Numbered from the stretch's first letter, positions 1 through 9,743 are shown. The stretch: DNA of 64,000 nucleotides from Candidatus Poribacteria bacterium (GCA_963665235.2 CAXXLX010000001.1:2112001-2176000); one strand, 5' to 3'. Notes: generated by a model not told the origin, from the sequence alone. Program-made: numbers and translations.

Positions 1-1
1 C

Positions 2-964
2 ACACACACAGTGAATGTCATCTATTACTGTTATGGTTGTAAAGCGGAAGGCGATACACAAGAAGCCATTGGTGGCAAAGCAGCACATGCAGTTAAAACT
101 TGTTCTCGCGACGCGTGTGGCATATCATACCGCGAATGTGATACCACCGCCAAGGCGTTGCATTCAGAGTGTGAAGGGTGCAATACATACCGATGCGACA
201 CTAGCACCGGTAAAACCCATGAACAAAAAACTTGTACTTCCGCTTACATTGGATCGACAACGTTGAGATATGGTTGCGGACAATCCTATTGGCGCTGTGC
301 CAGCGACGCTTCAACACATACAGATTACAATCATTGTGCGGAAGGACATGAATATAAACTCTGCGTTGCAAGCAATCATACTCTTCAAGCTAGTTGTTCT
401 AGGACAAATGGAAGCGGGAATACTTGCACTGTTACAGGGTTTCGGGAGTGCACGCCGCATACTCATCAATTCGGTAGCGGGAGTGGTAGTGGCAGCAACA
501 CATGTACACTTTGTTCTGGCACAGGCTGTAGTACCTGCCAATCCGGTGGCCAAACCACCAACCCATCAGTTAATCCGAATGGAAACGGCACCCCTCTACC
601 CAACGGCGGGCAGAGCACAACTCCCCCCTCAAATGGCGGATGTACGACAACTTTAGTTTGGTGCAAAAAGTACTATAGCAGCTATCATACCCAAAAGTGT
701 CGGACCAAAGTGAGTAGCGAATATGAACATCGGACTACGTGTTCCGGCTGCTCTGTTCAATATTGGACATGCAATACTCCTAGTGCTAACGACGACAAAG
801 AAAAGCATAGGCTCCGCACCTGCAAACGTTCTGTGTGTCTGCAGCAGTGGCGGCGGTGTGCGTATCAGCCAGAACAGATAGGCCAGTCTCCTTATTATAC
901 GACATCTCCACGGTGTCAATGGATGAGAGATACGTCGCCTGCTCTGATTTACTGCTCAGAGTGA
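2..964 (+). CDS. Cys/His-rich repeat protein (tandem CCCH-type putative Zn-binding units), probably 5'-truncated by the window edge
   Basis: Frame is open from base 2. 31 Cys in the 317-aa track ORF. Recurrent C-x(2-13)-C-x(4-7)-C-x(2-11)-H units with an aromatic before the third Cys, plus a GS/NP-rich linker. Confidence 0.7.
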   Translation, partial: THTVNVIYYCYGCKAEGDTQEAIGGKAAHAVKTCSRDACGISYRECDTTAKALHSECEGCNTYRCDTSTGKTHEQKTCTSAYIGSTTLRYGCGQSYWRCASDASTHTDYNHCAEGHEYKLCVASNHTLQASCSRTNGSGNTCTVTGFRECTPHTHQFGSGSGSGSNTCTLCSGTGCSTCQSGGQTTNPSVNPNGNGTPLPNGGQSTTPPSNGGCTTTLVWCKKYYSSYHTQKCRTKVSSEYEHRTTCSGCSVQYWTCNTPSANDDKEKHRLRTCKRSVCLQQWRRCAYQPEQIGQSPYYTTSPRCQWMRDTSPALIYCSE

Positions 965-1033
965 TATCGTTAGCGTGTCCTTCCACTCCCAAAATAGGCA
1001 GGGACTTCGGTGCCTGCCTTTCTCACTATAGCC

Positions 1034-2083
1034 ATGAAAACACTACGTTTCAAACACCTATTTCCGCTTCTGCTGCTTATCGGCATTCTCTTCATAGCAT
1101 TTTGGATCCGTCTCAAAGGGGCAGACACGTTGCCGCCCGGTCAATTCCTTGAAAACGATGGGTACTTTTATTATTGGCAGGCACAAACTATCACGGAACA
1201 CGGCAAACTGCCACCCCGCGATATGCACCGATGGATGCCAATCGGCAGAGATAACAGCTTGCTGCTGTCGCTCTATCCTTATGTCGTGGCGTACACTTAT
1301 AAAGCGATAGCCCTCTTCTCCTCAAGCATCACGCTCTACCATGTCTGTCTCTACATGCCATCGGTCTGCTTTGTATTTGGTTTGGCTATTCTCTGTCTTT
1401 TCCTTTACAGCACTTTCGGTGCCTGGATTGCCAATACGACCGGTATCTTGCTTGCGACGCTGCCGAGTGCTATCGGACGCAGCACGGTGGGGTTCGGTGA
1501 TAGAGATATGTGGTGTCTGATGATTGCGCTCTGCGTTGTCATCCCCTACCTGATTGCGTTGCAAACAGACTCTCCCCGCAAACGCATCGGGTGGACACTT
1601 CTCAGCGGTGGATTTACTGTCATGGGTGGTCTCTCTTGGGAGGGGTTCGGTGCGTTCCTGCTGCTGATTTACATCTTGGAACTCTATCGATTTCTCACGT
1701 CTGAGCATGAAACCGGTCTGCTCTCTTACCTGCTGTGGGTGTGTTCATTCGTGCCTGTGCTGTATCTCCTCGCGCCTGCGTATCGGCGTGGCGATTTTTT
1801 CGCAACACATCTGTTTGCGTTTATGCTCATTCCGCCTGTAGCGATTTTGGTAAAACGAGAGGCACTTATTTTCCTAAAAACACACAAGGCAACACACCTA
1901 CTGCAAACCCCGCACGACCCGCAGGACTCTTTCCTGAACAGAAATCCGGATGGTATTCGATTCTTTAGACCGTTATATCCGGAGACGCGCTTTGCTGCTG
2001 CACCCATCAGACTCTATGAGATTCAGTATCCGCCGGACATCAAAGCGGATCTGAAGTATCTTGGTGTCGAGACGAAGGAATAA
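1034..2083 (+). CDS. STT3/AglB-like GT-C oligosaccharyltransferase, N-terminal membrane domain only (short, no WWDYG)
   Basis: Multi-TM protein with ENDGYFYY (DPYY-like loop) and RSTVGFGDRD (RS..G..DxD) motifs. ATG at 1034 preferred over GTG 1010. Confidence 0.7.
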   Translation: MKTLRFKHLFPLLLLIGILFIAFWIRLKGADTLPPGQFLENDGYFYYWQAQTITEHGKLPPRDMHRWMPIGRDNSLLLSLYPYVVAYTYKAIALFSSSITLYHVCLYMPSVCFVFGLAILCLFLYSTFGAWIANTTGILLATLPSAIGRSTVGFGDRDMWCLMIALCVVIPYLIALQTDSPRKRIGWTLLSGGFTVMGGLSWEGFGAFLLLIYILELYRFLTSEHETGLLSYLLWVCSFVPVLYLLAPAYRRGDFFATHLFAFMLIPPVAILVKREALIFLKTHKATHLLQTPHDPQDSFLNRNPDGIRFFRPLYPETRFAAAPIRLYEIQYPPDIKADLKYLGVETKE

Positions 2084-2115
2084 ATCTGACAATGAGCTCA
2101 TCCTTTCCAGCTCTC

Positions 2116-2140
2116 TTTTGACAAAATATTTACCCACCTC
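2116..2140. repeat. Dispersed end-like motif (GACAAAATATTTACCCACC), same family as 26477-26494 and 49917-49936
   Basis: Direct sequence match ttttgacaaaatatttac.cacc with 49913-49935. Confidence 0.65.
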
Positions 2141-2318
2141 TTGCAGAATCCTAACTCGATTTTTGAATGCACCTTGACATTTTTGTAACCGTTTTATTTA
2201 ATTCAGGACATGGTGTAGATTTTGAGGAGCGGGGAACCGTTTGCCCGTTTTTCGGGTTTTTACTCCCCTTTATCCTCCCAGTTAAATGACCCTGCCCCGG
2301 ACTCACTGTGAAATTCGC

Positions 2319-2347
2319 TTGACATCCCCCGCACAACATGCTATCAT
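2319..2347 (+). promoter_or_regulatory. sigma70-type promoter for TPR gene
   Basis: TTGACA-17bp-TATCAT with extended TG. Confidence 0.65.
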
Positions 2348-2382
2348 CCCCATAAAAAGGAACGTCACGAGAAATAAAAAAC

Positions 2383-3645
2383 ATGAACCAGCACACCGCT
2401 AACTACGACGAATTCATTAGAGTCGTCAACACACTCAAAGAGCTATCACAAACGATTAGCCGTGAACAACGCATCGGACTACTCCAGCAAGCCGTGCAGC
2501 AGTTTGGGCTCTCCGCAGCGGAAGCGGATGAGATTCTGAAAGACTCCGGACTAATTGTCGGTGAAAGTGTAAACTATTTTGAAGTGCTTGGGTTTTCCGT
2601 AGATGAATTTGAAAACCGAGATGAAACCTTCATTTTGACGCGTGTTGAGGCGGCACATAAAGAACATTACAGTGCCTCGTTACAAGCGGGTGGGCTTCCG
2701 CGTCCGGACGGTAGAACACAAGAACAGTGGCGAACCGTTCTAAATCAAGCACGGGATACGTTGAAAGACCCACAAAAACGGATGGAACATATTGCCATAC
2801 TTCAAACTGAAATAGCAGCGGAATTTCCTACACCTGTGCCTGAGGAATCTCCCACCGCCGAACAAACATCTTTAGATGATGCTGATGCGGTCAACAATAG
2901 GGGACTTGCGAAGCGTAACTTAGGACAACGCGTTGCGGCAATTGCGTATAACATCGCCATCCGGCTCAGACCTGATTTTGCCAATGCCTACTGCGGTCGG
3001 GGCCTTATGAAGGCGGAGTTGGGAGAACACATTGCTGCAATTTTGGATTATGACATCGCTATCGAACTCGAACCCGATTATGCCGATGCCTACTACAATC
3101 GTGGAAATGCAAAGGCGGAGTTAGGAGAACACGGTGCCGCGATTGCGGATTATGACATCGCCATCCGGCTCAGACCTGATAATTCCGATGCCTACTACAA
3201 TCGTGGAAATGCAAAGGCGGAGTTAGGAGAACACGGTGCCGCGATTGCGGATTATGACATCACTATTGAACTCGACCCTGATTATGCCAATGCATACTGC
3301 GCTAGAGGTGTTACGAAGGGGCAGTTGGGACAGTACTTTGCGGCAATTTCAGATTTTGACACCGCTATCCGACTCAAACGTGGTTTTGCCAATGCCTACT
3401 GCGGTCGGGGATTTGCGAAGGCGGAGTTAGGAGAACACATTGCTGCAATTTCGGATTATGACATCGCTATCCGACTCAGACCCGATTTTGCTGCTGCATA
3501 CTACAATCGTGGAAATGCAAAGGATAAGTTGGGACGTTCATCAGAAGCAAATCAGGATGTCCACACTGCCCTGAGACTCGCTAGGCAAGCAGGTGATATA
3601 ATGCTAACAGCTACAATTGAAGAGAGACTTCGTCCTCTCAATTAG
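2383..3645 (+). CDS. Tetratricopeptide repeat protein with degenerate J-domain-like N-terminal region
   Basis: About 7 34-aa TPRs (AYYNRGNAKAELGEH..AIADYDIAI.L.PD). N-terminus has NYFEVLG...LNQARDTLKDPQKR. Confidence 0.85.
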   Translation: MNQHTANYDEFIRVVNTLKELSQTISREQRIGLLQQAVQQFGLSAAEADEILKDSGLIVGESVNYFEVLGFSVDEFENRDETFILTRVEAAHKEHYSASLQAGGLPRPDGRTQEQWRTVLNQARDTLKDPQKRMEHIAILQTEIAAEFPTPVPEESPTAEQTSLDDADAVNNRGLAKRNLGQRVAAIAYNIAIRLRPDFANAYCGRGLMKAELGEHIAAILDYDIAIELEPDYADAYYNRGNAKAELGEHGAAIADYDIAIRLRPDNSDAYYNRGNAKAELGEHGAAIADYDITIELDPDYANAYCARGVTKGQLGQYFAAISDFDTAIRLKRGFANAYCGRGFAKAELGEHIAAISDYDIAIRLRPDFAAAYYNRGNAKDKLGRSSEANQDVHTALRLARQAGDIMLTATIEERLRPLN

Positions 3646-3684
3646 CTGTCCAAATATTTGCGCTTGTAGTCCTTTCAAAAATTC

Positions 3685-3713
3685 TTGACTTTTGTCCTTA
3701 AATGTGATAAAAT
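3685..3713 (+). promoter_or_regulatory. sigma70-type promoter for cimA
   Basis: TTGACT-17bp-TAAAAT with extended TG. Confidence 0.65.
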
Positions 3714-3798
3714 TCCATGAACGGACATAAAAATAAACATACAATCCAAAAGGAGATGCTGAATTTTGGCGTAAACAGAAGAAACGTCAAAACGTGCT

Positions 3799-5394
3799 AT
3801 GAGAAGCAACATGGTTGAGTTTTACGATACAACACTCCGAGATGGCAGCCAAGCTGAAGGTGTAGCGTTTTCTGTTGAAGACAAACTTATCATCATAGAA
3901 GCACTAGACACATTGGGTATCCACTATATTGAGGCGGGGTACCCCGGTTCCAATCCAAAAGATATAGAATTATTCAAACGGGCAAAAAGTCTGCCGCTGA
4001 AAACAGCGAAGGTTGTGCCGTTCGGTAGCACAAGACGGCACAACAACACACCGGATGCTGACCCGAACTTGGCCGCTTTACTCGATACGGGCGCGAGAAC
4101 AGTTACAATCTTCGGTAAAAGTTGGCAGCTCCACGCCACAGATGTACTGCGGGTCACTGCCGAACAGAACTTGGAATTAATTGAGAGTTCGGTGCAATAT
4201 CTAGCAGAAAATGGACGCGAAGTAATTTATGATGCAGAACACTTCTTCGATGGATATGCGGATGATTCAGCCTACGCGATTGAAACACTACACGCAGCTG
4301 CTGCGGGAGGGGCGACATGCATCGTTCTGTGTGATACGAACGGCGGGAGATTGCCGTTAGAAATTCAGGCAGGGGTCAGAGCAGCGATGTCCGCTATAGA
4401 TTTACCTATCGGTATTCATGCCCACAATGACGCAGGAATGGGGGCAGCGAACTCGGTCTTAGCTGTGCAAGCGGGGGCAAGTCATGTACAGGGCACCTTC
4501 AACGGTTATGGTGAACGGTGTGGAAATGCGAATCTCGCCGCCATCATCCCCACAATTCAACTCAAGCTGGGGATAAAATGTGTCAGCGACACACAGCTGC
4601 AAAGGTTGACGAGTGTCTCCCGGTTAATCAGCGAACTTGCAAATCTTCCACACGATGAGCGGCAACCTTATGTGGGACGTTCCGCATTCGCACACAAAGG
4701 CGGACTACACACCGATGCTATCCGAAAAAACCGCCTCACTTATGAACACATCGTCCCCGAAAAAGTGGGCAACACGCAGCGGATTCTCGTCTCCGAGCAA
4801 GCCGGACGCGGCACTATCATGAAAAAAATTGAGAAGGAGTATCCAGCTTACGACAAGAACTCACCCCAGGTGCTGGCACTCTTCGAACGTCTCAAAGCAG
4901 CTGAACATGAGGGGTATCAGTACGAAGCCGCAGAGGCATCATTTGAACTCCTGACACATAAGGTCTTTAACGCGTACGAATCCTTTTTTGAACACATCGG
5001 TTTTCGCGTGATTGTTGAAAAATTCACAGACCTGTCAATGCGTTCGGAGGCAACGATTAAGGTTACGACACCCGATGGCGTAACAGCACACACCGCATCC
5101 GATGGCGATGGACCCGTCAACGCACTAGACAATGCACTCCGAAAAGCACTTGAACAGTTCTATCCCGCCTTGCAAACAGTCCGATTGATAGATTACAAGG
5201 TCCGCGTGTTAGATACGAAAGCGGGCACCGGTGCGAAGGTACGTGTCCTCATCGAGGCGAGCGATGGACAAATGAGCTGGCGAACTGTCGGCGTTTCAGA
5301 GAACATCATCTCCGCAAGTTGTGAGGCACTCATAGACAGCTTCGAATATAAACTCTATAAAGACAAGATGGCAGCGGAGGCGGTTCAAGCTTAA
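3799..5394 (+). CDS. cimA: Citramalate synthase (LeuA/CimA family)
   Basis: DTTLRDGSQAEG, GYPGSNPKD, DAEHFFDG, HAHNDAG, GERCGNAN, AFAHKGG motifs and a C-terminal LeuA regulatory domain (GDGPVNALD, DYKVRVL). Confidence 0.9.
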   Translation: MRSNMVEFYDTTLRDGSQAEGVAFSVEDKLIIIEALDTLGIHYIEAGYPGSNPKDIELFKRAKSLPLKTAKVVPFGSTRRHNNTPDADPNLAALLDTGARTVTIFGKSWQLHATDVLRVTAEQNLELIESSVQYLAENGREVIYDAEHFFDGYADDSAYAIETLHAAAAGGATCIVLCDTNGGRLPLEIQAGVRAAMSAIDLPIGIHAHNDAGMGAANSVLAVQAGASHVQGTFNGYGERCGNANLAAIIPTIQLKLGIKCVSDTQLQRLTSVSRLISELANLPHDERQPYVGRSAFAHKGGLHTDAIRKNRLTYEHIVPEKVGNTQRILVSEQAGRGTIMKKIEKEYPAYDKNSPQVLALFERLKAAEHEGYQYEAAEASFELLTHKVFNAYESFFEHIGFRVIVEKFTDLSMRSEATIKVTTPDGVTAHTASDGDGPVNALDNALRKALEQFYPALQTVRLIDYKVRVLDTKAGTGAKVRVLIEASDGQMSWRTVGVSENIISASCEALIDSFEYKLYKDKMAAEAVQA

Positions 5395-5400
5395 TTTTCC

Positions 5401-5429
5401 TTGACATTAAGTTTCTTAAATGTTATAAT
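5401..5429 (+). promoter_or_regulatory. Consensus sigma70 promoter
   Basis: TTGACA-17bp-TATAAT with extended TG; GGAGG SD before ATG 5463. Confidence 0.8.
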
Positions 5430-5462
5430 ATATATAACTATAACATTTATTGGAGGTCTAAT

Positions 5463-6038
5463 ATGGGAAATTTAGAGAAAATTGAGAAATCAGCGCAAAA
5501 ACTTATTGCGCTCTGTCAGAAAGAGAAGCCGACGAAGACTGACAAGGCGAAGATGCTCGGTTTACACACCGAAATCCTTAACGGTATCGAAAACCTTGCT
5601 GAATGTGAAATCTGTGGTGCAATCACGGAAGTAATTGTAACCATGACGTTGGTTGAAGTTACGGCGAAGCTGTGCAAGGAGTGCGGTCTTAAAGCCCTAG
5701 AATCGGGAAAAATTCAGAAAACAACACCCCGAAAACGCACCCGCACGACGAAAACTAAACCGAAAACAGCGAAAACTGAACCGGAACCGAAAGTGCCTAC
5801 ACCTGAAGAGGCGGTTGTGGAACCGGAATCGCCAGCGGCGTTGCATACCCGTATCGAAGAGGAGACCGGGATTAAGAAAACCGATGCCAAACGTTTACAC
5901 AAAATTGTCCAAGAGATTGCTACACCTATGAACTTGGAAAATACGCTGACCTATGTGAAGCGCGAGGTAGAGAACGCTAAACTGAAGCTGGATGCAATCG
6001 CTCTACAAAAGGCTGTCGAGATTTTGATTGCCGCTTAA
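5463..6038 (+). CDS. Hypothetical protein with Zn-ribbon (CEICG...CKECG) and Lys/Thr-rich linker
   Basis: Strong promoter and SD; two CxxC pairs. Confidence 0.75.
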   Translation: MGNLEKIEKSAQKLIALCQKEKPTKTDKAKMLGLHTEILNGIENLAECEICGAITEVIVTMTLVEVTAKLCKECGLKALESGKIQKTTPRKRTRTTKTKPKTAKTEPEPKVPTPEEAVVEPESPAALHTRIEEETGIKKTDAKRLHKIVQEIATPMNLENTLTYVKREVENAKLKLDAIALQKAVEILIAA

Positions 6039-7006
6039 CCGGTGGGTACGTCTTTTGCCCAATCGCGATGTGTTTGATACCACTCCACAAGGGCAGTGAT
6101 TCCTTGACGAAACGCAACCTGCGGCCGCCATCCTATAAGCTGTTCCGCTTTGCGGATGTCTGCCCACGTTGCCTGAACATCAGCGCGGTGAAACGGTTGA
6201 TACGACAGTGTCGCCGTTTTACCCACTATCTCCTCTATCAACCGAATTGTATCGATAAGCACAATCGGGCTATCCGAGCCGAGATTGATGACCGAATACC
6301 CAAGCGGTTTCAATCCTGCAATCACCCCCCGCGCAATATCTTCAACATAAGTATAATCGCGTGAGGATTGTTTACCGTCGCCGTAGACGGTAACCGGCCT
6401 GCCTTCGCTAATCCACTGAACGAAGCGGAACGCGCTCATATCCGGACGGCCTGCCGGCCCATAAACGGTAAAAAAACGGAAAATGGTCATATCCATGTCG
6501 TAGAGATGGTGATAAGCGTGGCAAAGTGCTTCCGCCCCTTTTTTTGAAGCCGCATAAGGGGACAGCGGGCCATCTGTGTTCGCCTGTTCACTGAACGGAA
6601 GCGGATTGTTCGCACCGTATAAACTTGACGTAGAAGCCAAAACAAATTTCTGGACTTCTGTCCTACGGGCATGTTCTAGGAGGTTTAGTGTGCCTGTCAC
6701 GTTTGTATCGAGATAATCCCACGGATTTTCAACAGATTTCCGAACGCCAGCACGCGCGGCGAGATTGATGACACCGTCATAAGGTTCGTTAAATATAGAA
6801 TCCAGGAAAACAGAATCACAAATATCGCCGTAGCGGAAATGAAACTCGGGGAGCATCTGAAGTTGTTCAAGCCGCCATCTCTTCAGGGTCACATCGTACG
6901 CACTATTTAAATTATCCACACCGATTACGGTATGCCCATCCGCTAACAGAAATTCAGTGACCTTCCACCCGATAAATCCGGCGCATCCCGTGATAAGATA
7001 CTTCAT
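6035..7006 (-). CDS. NAD-dependent epimerase/dehydratase (UDP-glucuronate 4-epimerase-like)
   Basis: TGCAGFIG, LAARAGVR, YAASKK, FFTVYGPAGRPDM motifs. Confidence 0.9.
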   Translation of the reverse strand: MKYLITGCAGFIGWKVTEFLLADGHTVIGVDNLNSAYDVTLKRWRLEQLQMLPEFHFRYGDICDSVFLDSIFNEPYDGVINLAARAGVRKSVENPWDYLDTNVTGTLNLLEHARRTEVQKFVLASTSSLYGANNPLPFSEQANTDGPLSPYAASKKGAEALCHAYHHLYDMDMTIFRFFTVYGPAGRPDMSAFRFVQWISEGRPVTVYGDGKQSSRDYTYVEDIARGVIAGLKPLGYSVINLGSDSPIVLIDTIRLIEEIVGKTATLSYQPFHRADVQATWADIRKAEQLIGWRPQVAFRQGITALVEWYQTHRDWAKDVPTG

Positions 7007-7941
7007 GCCAACCCTTCAATTCTCTCTACCGCTCGAATTGCCATATCTGTCTCAATTTCATATCCGATAAAGGCTCTGCCTTCAAGCCTTGCAGCGACAC
7101 CTGTTGAACCGGTGCCAGCGAATGAATCCAGCACTGTTGCCCGGGGGGCGGAGAAGATACGGATGAGATGCCGAAGCAAATCGACAGGCTTCGGGGTCAT
7201 GTGACCGTATCGGTCTTTCGGTTTTTTCGCTGGAATGACGGTGCCTGGGAATTGCGTTGCATTAATCAGCGGATTTTTGACATCGATTAAGCCGGTTTCC
7301 CACTTATCCCAATTATCCACAAAGGTGCCCTCTCTAGGGGCTTGTGCAAGAATTATCATCTCGCCTTGGGGCTTCAATTGCGGCGTTTTCCGTCCATCTA
7401 ACTTACGGAGGAGTCTCTCTTTCTCTTCTACAGAAAGATTCCGTTTTCGGACAAAATGCGTTTGAGAGAATGCTTTCGCCTGCCCCTCATATCGCCATAG
7501 TAACACATCTCGTATTTCAAACCCTGCATCTTCAAGTGCGATAGCGGTTCTATGTGACAGGCGATTTTGGCTAAAAACGAGACAAAATCCGCCAGGGCGA
7601 ATGACGCGCATCCATTCTTCAGCAATAGGGGCAAGAAATTTCTGTAACTCCTGTCCCTGCTCGCTGGAAAACTTCATACCTGTTGGCAGCGACCCAACAA
7701 CGCCAGCTTTCACACGCGCCGCTAACTTTTTCGTGTTCCACTCCGAACCCATCCCATCAATGAAATAGGGGGGGTCTGTTAGCACAAGCGAGACGGTATT
7801 CTCACCTATCTGCTTCATCCCGAGCCGGCAATCCACATTTTCTATATTTACCGGTAAACGTTCAGTTTCCGATAGCACTTGTTGATGTTTGTCGAGCAGC
7901 CCCGCGTCGGTGTTGAGAGGTATAGCGTCCTTGCTGTCCAT
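7003..7941 (-). CDS. Site-specific DNA amino-methyltransferase (beta-class m6A/m4C), no adjacent REase
   Basis: TDPPY (motif IV) near the N-terminus; HMTPKP and DSFAGTGSTG (motif I) near the C-terminus. Confidence 0.88.
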   Translation of the reverse strand: MDSKDAIPLNTDAGLLDKHQQVLSETERLPVNIENVDCRLGMKQIGENTVSLVLTDPPYFIDGMGSEWNTKKLAARVKAGVVGSLPTGMKFSSEQGQELQKFLAPIAEEWMRVIRPGGFCLVFSQNRLSHRTAIALEDAGFEIRDVLLWRYEGQAKAFSQTHFVRKRNLSVEEKERLLRKLDGRKTPQLKPQGEMIILAQAPREGTFVDNWDKWETGLIDVKNPLINATQFPGTVIPAKKPKDRYGHMTPKPVDLLRHLIRIFSAPRATVLDSFAGTGSTGVAARLEGRAFIGYEIETDMAIRAVERIEGLA

Positions 7942-7946
7942 CTAAG

Positions 7947-8813
7947 CTACTCCTCGCTGCTATCTCTGAAATCATCGAGCTGCTGTTGAAAAAGCGAGAG
8001 TTCCACTTTCGCCTTCTCAGGCTTCGTATCTATCTCTTCGCCAAGTGCTTGCAATCTCGGTTCCTGTTGTGCTATCAGAGCGTTAGTTCTATCGACCTTC
8101 TCCTTAACGCGCATAATATCTTCGTAATGCGTCTCCGGCTTGTCGCAAAGTATCATGAGTTCGCGATACGCCTTGATTCCCCGGTCTAATTGGGTCAACC
8201 TGCCACTGATATGTGTGAGTCCGGCGCGATACCGCTCTATGTCAGCATTTGTAAAAAAACCGGTGAGTGTCTCTAAGGTTTCATTCAGTTGGTTAAGCTG
8301 AATCTGCTTTTCTGACCAGAGTATCTTTTTTGCGATGCCATCCGCACTATCTTCGTCTATGACAACGGCAGTGTCTCTCAGGTTTCGCTGGAGTTGTCCA
8401 TCCAAACTGCCTAAGGCCGCTTGTAAATTCCTGACATGCTTTCTAAATTCTTCGCAGTAATTCTGCAATTCAGGAAGTTTGTTATAGAGGCCTTGATATT
8501 TCTGCTGTAGTTCCTCAACTTTTAAGATATAAGAGGGGTACTGAATTTTAAGTTCTTTTGAAATATCAAATTTCAGTTTCCGTAATTTAGTCGGGCTCAC
8601 TGCTGGCCTTTCTATGATCATGAGCCCATATAATATCGCGAGGCTCCCCACTACTGAAACGGTAAGACCCCCTAACAGTAGGAGCGGCTCTGTCGTCTGA
8701 ATCACTGTCCAGAGTCCTATTATCTCGATGAAGAGCCCGCTGCCGATGAATATCGCGGGGTAGGACACATCTTTAGCACTTTCATCTTTGGAGCTCATAT
8801 TTTCCTCCTTCAC
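7947..8813 (-). CDS. Hypothetical membrane-anchored coiled-coil protein
   Basis: Two N-terminal hydrophobic helices followed by long heptad-rich helical region; AGGAGG SD before ATG 8798. Confidence 0.7.
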   Translation of the reverse strand: MKEENMSSKDESAKDVSYPAIFIGSGLFIEIIGLWTVIQTTEPLLLLGGLTVSVVGSLAILYGLMIIERPAVSPTKLRKLKFDISKELKIQYPSYILKVEELQQKYQGLYNKLPELQNYCEEFRKHVRNLQAALGSLDGQLQRNLRDTAVVIDEDSADGIAKKILWSEKQIQLNQLNETLETLTGFFTNADIERYRAGLTHISGRLTQLDRGIKAYRELMILCDKPETHYEDIMRVKEKVDRTNALIAQQEPRLQALGEEIDTKPEKAKVELSLFQQQLDDFRDSSEE

Positions 8814-8831
8814 CGGGTGTCGGTATGTAAG

Positions 8832-9362
8832 TTACGGAGCTTCAGCTAGAAGCGCGTCAATCTGCTTTTTAAGTTCGGCATACATTTCAGGTTTGAAATT
8901 CGCCTTACGGTGGAACACGATTATTCCCTTTGATGAAATAAGATAGAGGTTCGGTTTCTTCTTTTCTGTCTGATACTCTTGATGCACTTCACCTTTCCAA
9001 TCGAGCAGGAACGGGAGCGGTGGCGGTTTTTTCCGGAGTTGGTGTCGGATAAACCGTTTCGGTATGAAACCGGGTACACTGCGCAAATCGGCGATGATAT
9101 AAGCAGCGATGCGTTTATCTTTCTTATAGTCTTTCTGAAACGCCTCTGCCCATTTATCGTCCTCTTTCCGGATTTTCCGATTTCCCATAATCAGAAAAAC
9201 GGGTTTGCCGCGCATTTTCTTCAGGATGTGCGGTTTCTCTTCAACATCTTGGAGTGTAAAATCTGGTGCCGTGTCGCCTACTGTTGGCGGTTCATCCTTT
9301 GCGAAAATTGCTATACCCCCTAACAGCGCGAAAATTCCCAGATATGTTATTAGTTTCATCAT
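8832..9362 (-). CDS. Exported redoxin/thioredoxin-fold protein without CxxC
   Basis: Signal peptide; VGDTAPDFTLQD and PNLYLISSKGII motifs. Confidence 0.75.
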   Translation of the reverse strand: MMKLITYLGIFALLGGIAIFAKDEPPTVGDTAPDFTLQDVEEKPHILKKMRGKPVFLIMGNRKIRKEDDKWAEAFQKDYKKDKRIAAYIIADLRSVPGFIPKRFIRHQLRKKPPPLPFLLDWKGEVHQEYQTEKKKPNLYLISSKGIIVFHRKANFKPEMYAELKKQIDALLAEAP

Positions 9363-9394
9363 ACTTTTATTTTATCACAATTTTTAAATGGATG

Positions 9395-9601
9395 TCAAGC
9401 ATCGTAACCTGCGTCTTCTAAAAACGCCTTGAGCGTTCCGAGCTTCGTTGTTTCTTCTAATTGAATTTCAATGACTTCCAGAAGATTTTTTCGTGCTTCT
9501 TCAATGTCCCTGCCGCAACTCACGACATCCAACTCCGGGCAGTAGGCAGTATACATATTGCCTTCTTTCCAAATTTCCTCCGTTACCACTAAATTTTTCA
9601 T
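9395..9601 (-). CDS. HicB-like antitoxin family protein
   Basis: YTAYCPELDVVSCGRDIEEARKNLLEVI RNase H-like HicB motif; GGAGG SD before ATG 9601. Confidence 0.75.
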   Translation of the reverse strand: MKNLVVTEEIWKEGNMYTAYCPELDVVSCGRDIEEARKNLLEVIEIQLEETTKLGTLKAFLEDAGYDA

Positions 9602-9714
9602 CGCAGCCTCCATATTTGCAAGATTAGAATTGTTTATAGTATCCATCATCATAAAGTATACACGCAAAATTTAGAAAACGCAACCGATTTAAATTTCCGC
9701 CTCATACAATTGAT

Positions 9715-9743
9715 TTGACATCCGAGCTTTAACATGGTATCAT
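9715..9743 (+). promoter_or_regulatory. sigma70-type promoter for the 9813-15392 gene run
   Basis: TTGACA-17bp-TATCAT with extended TG. Confidence 0.65.
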
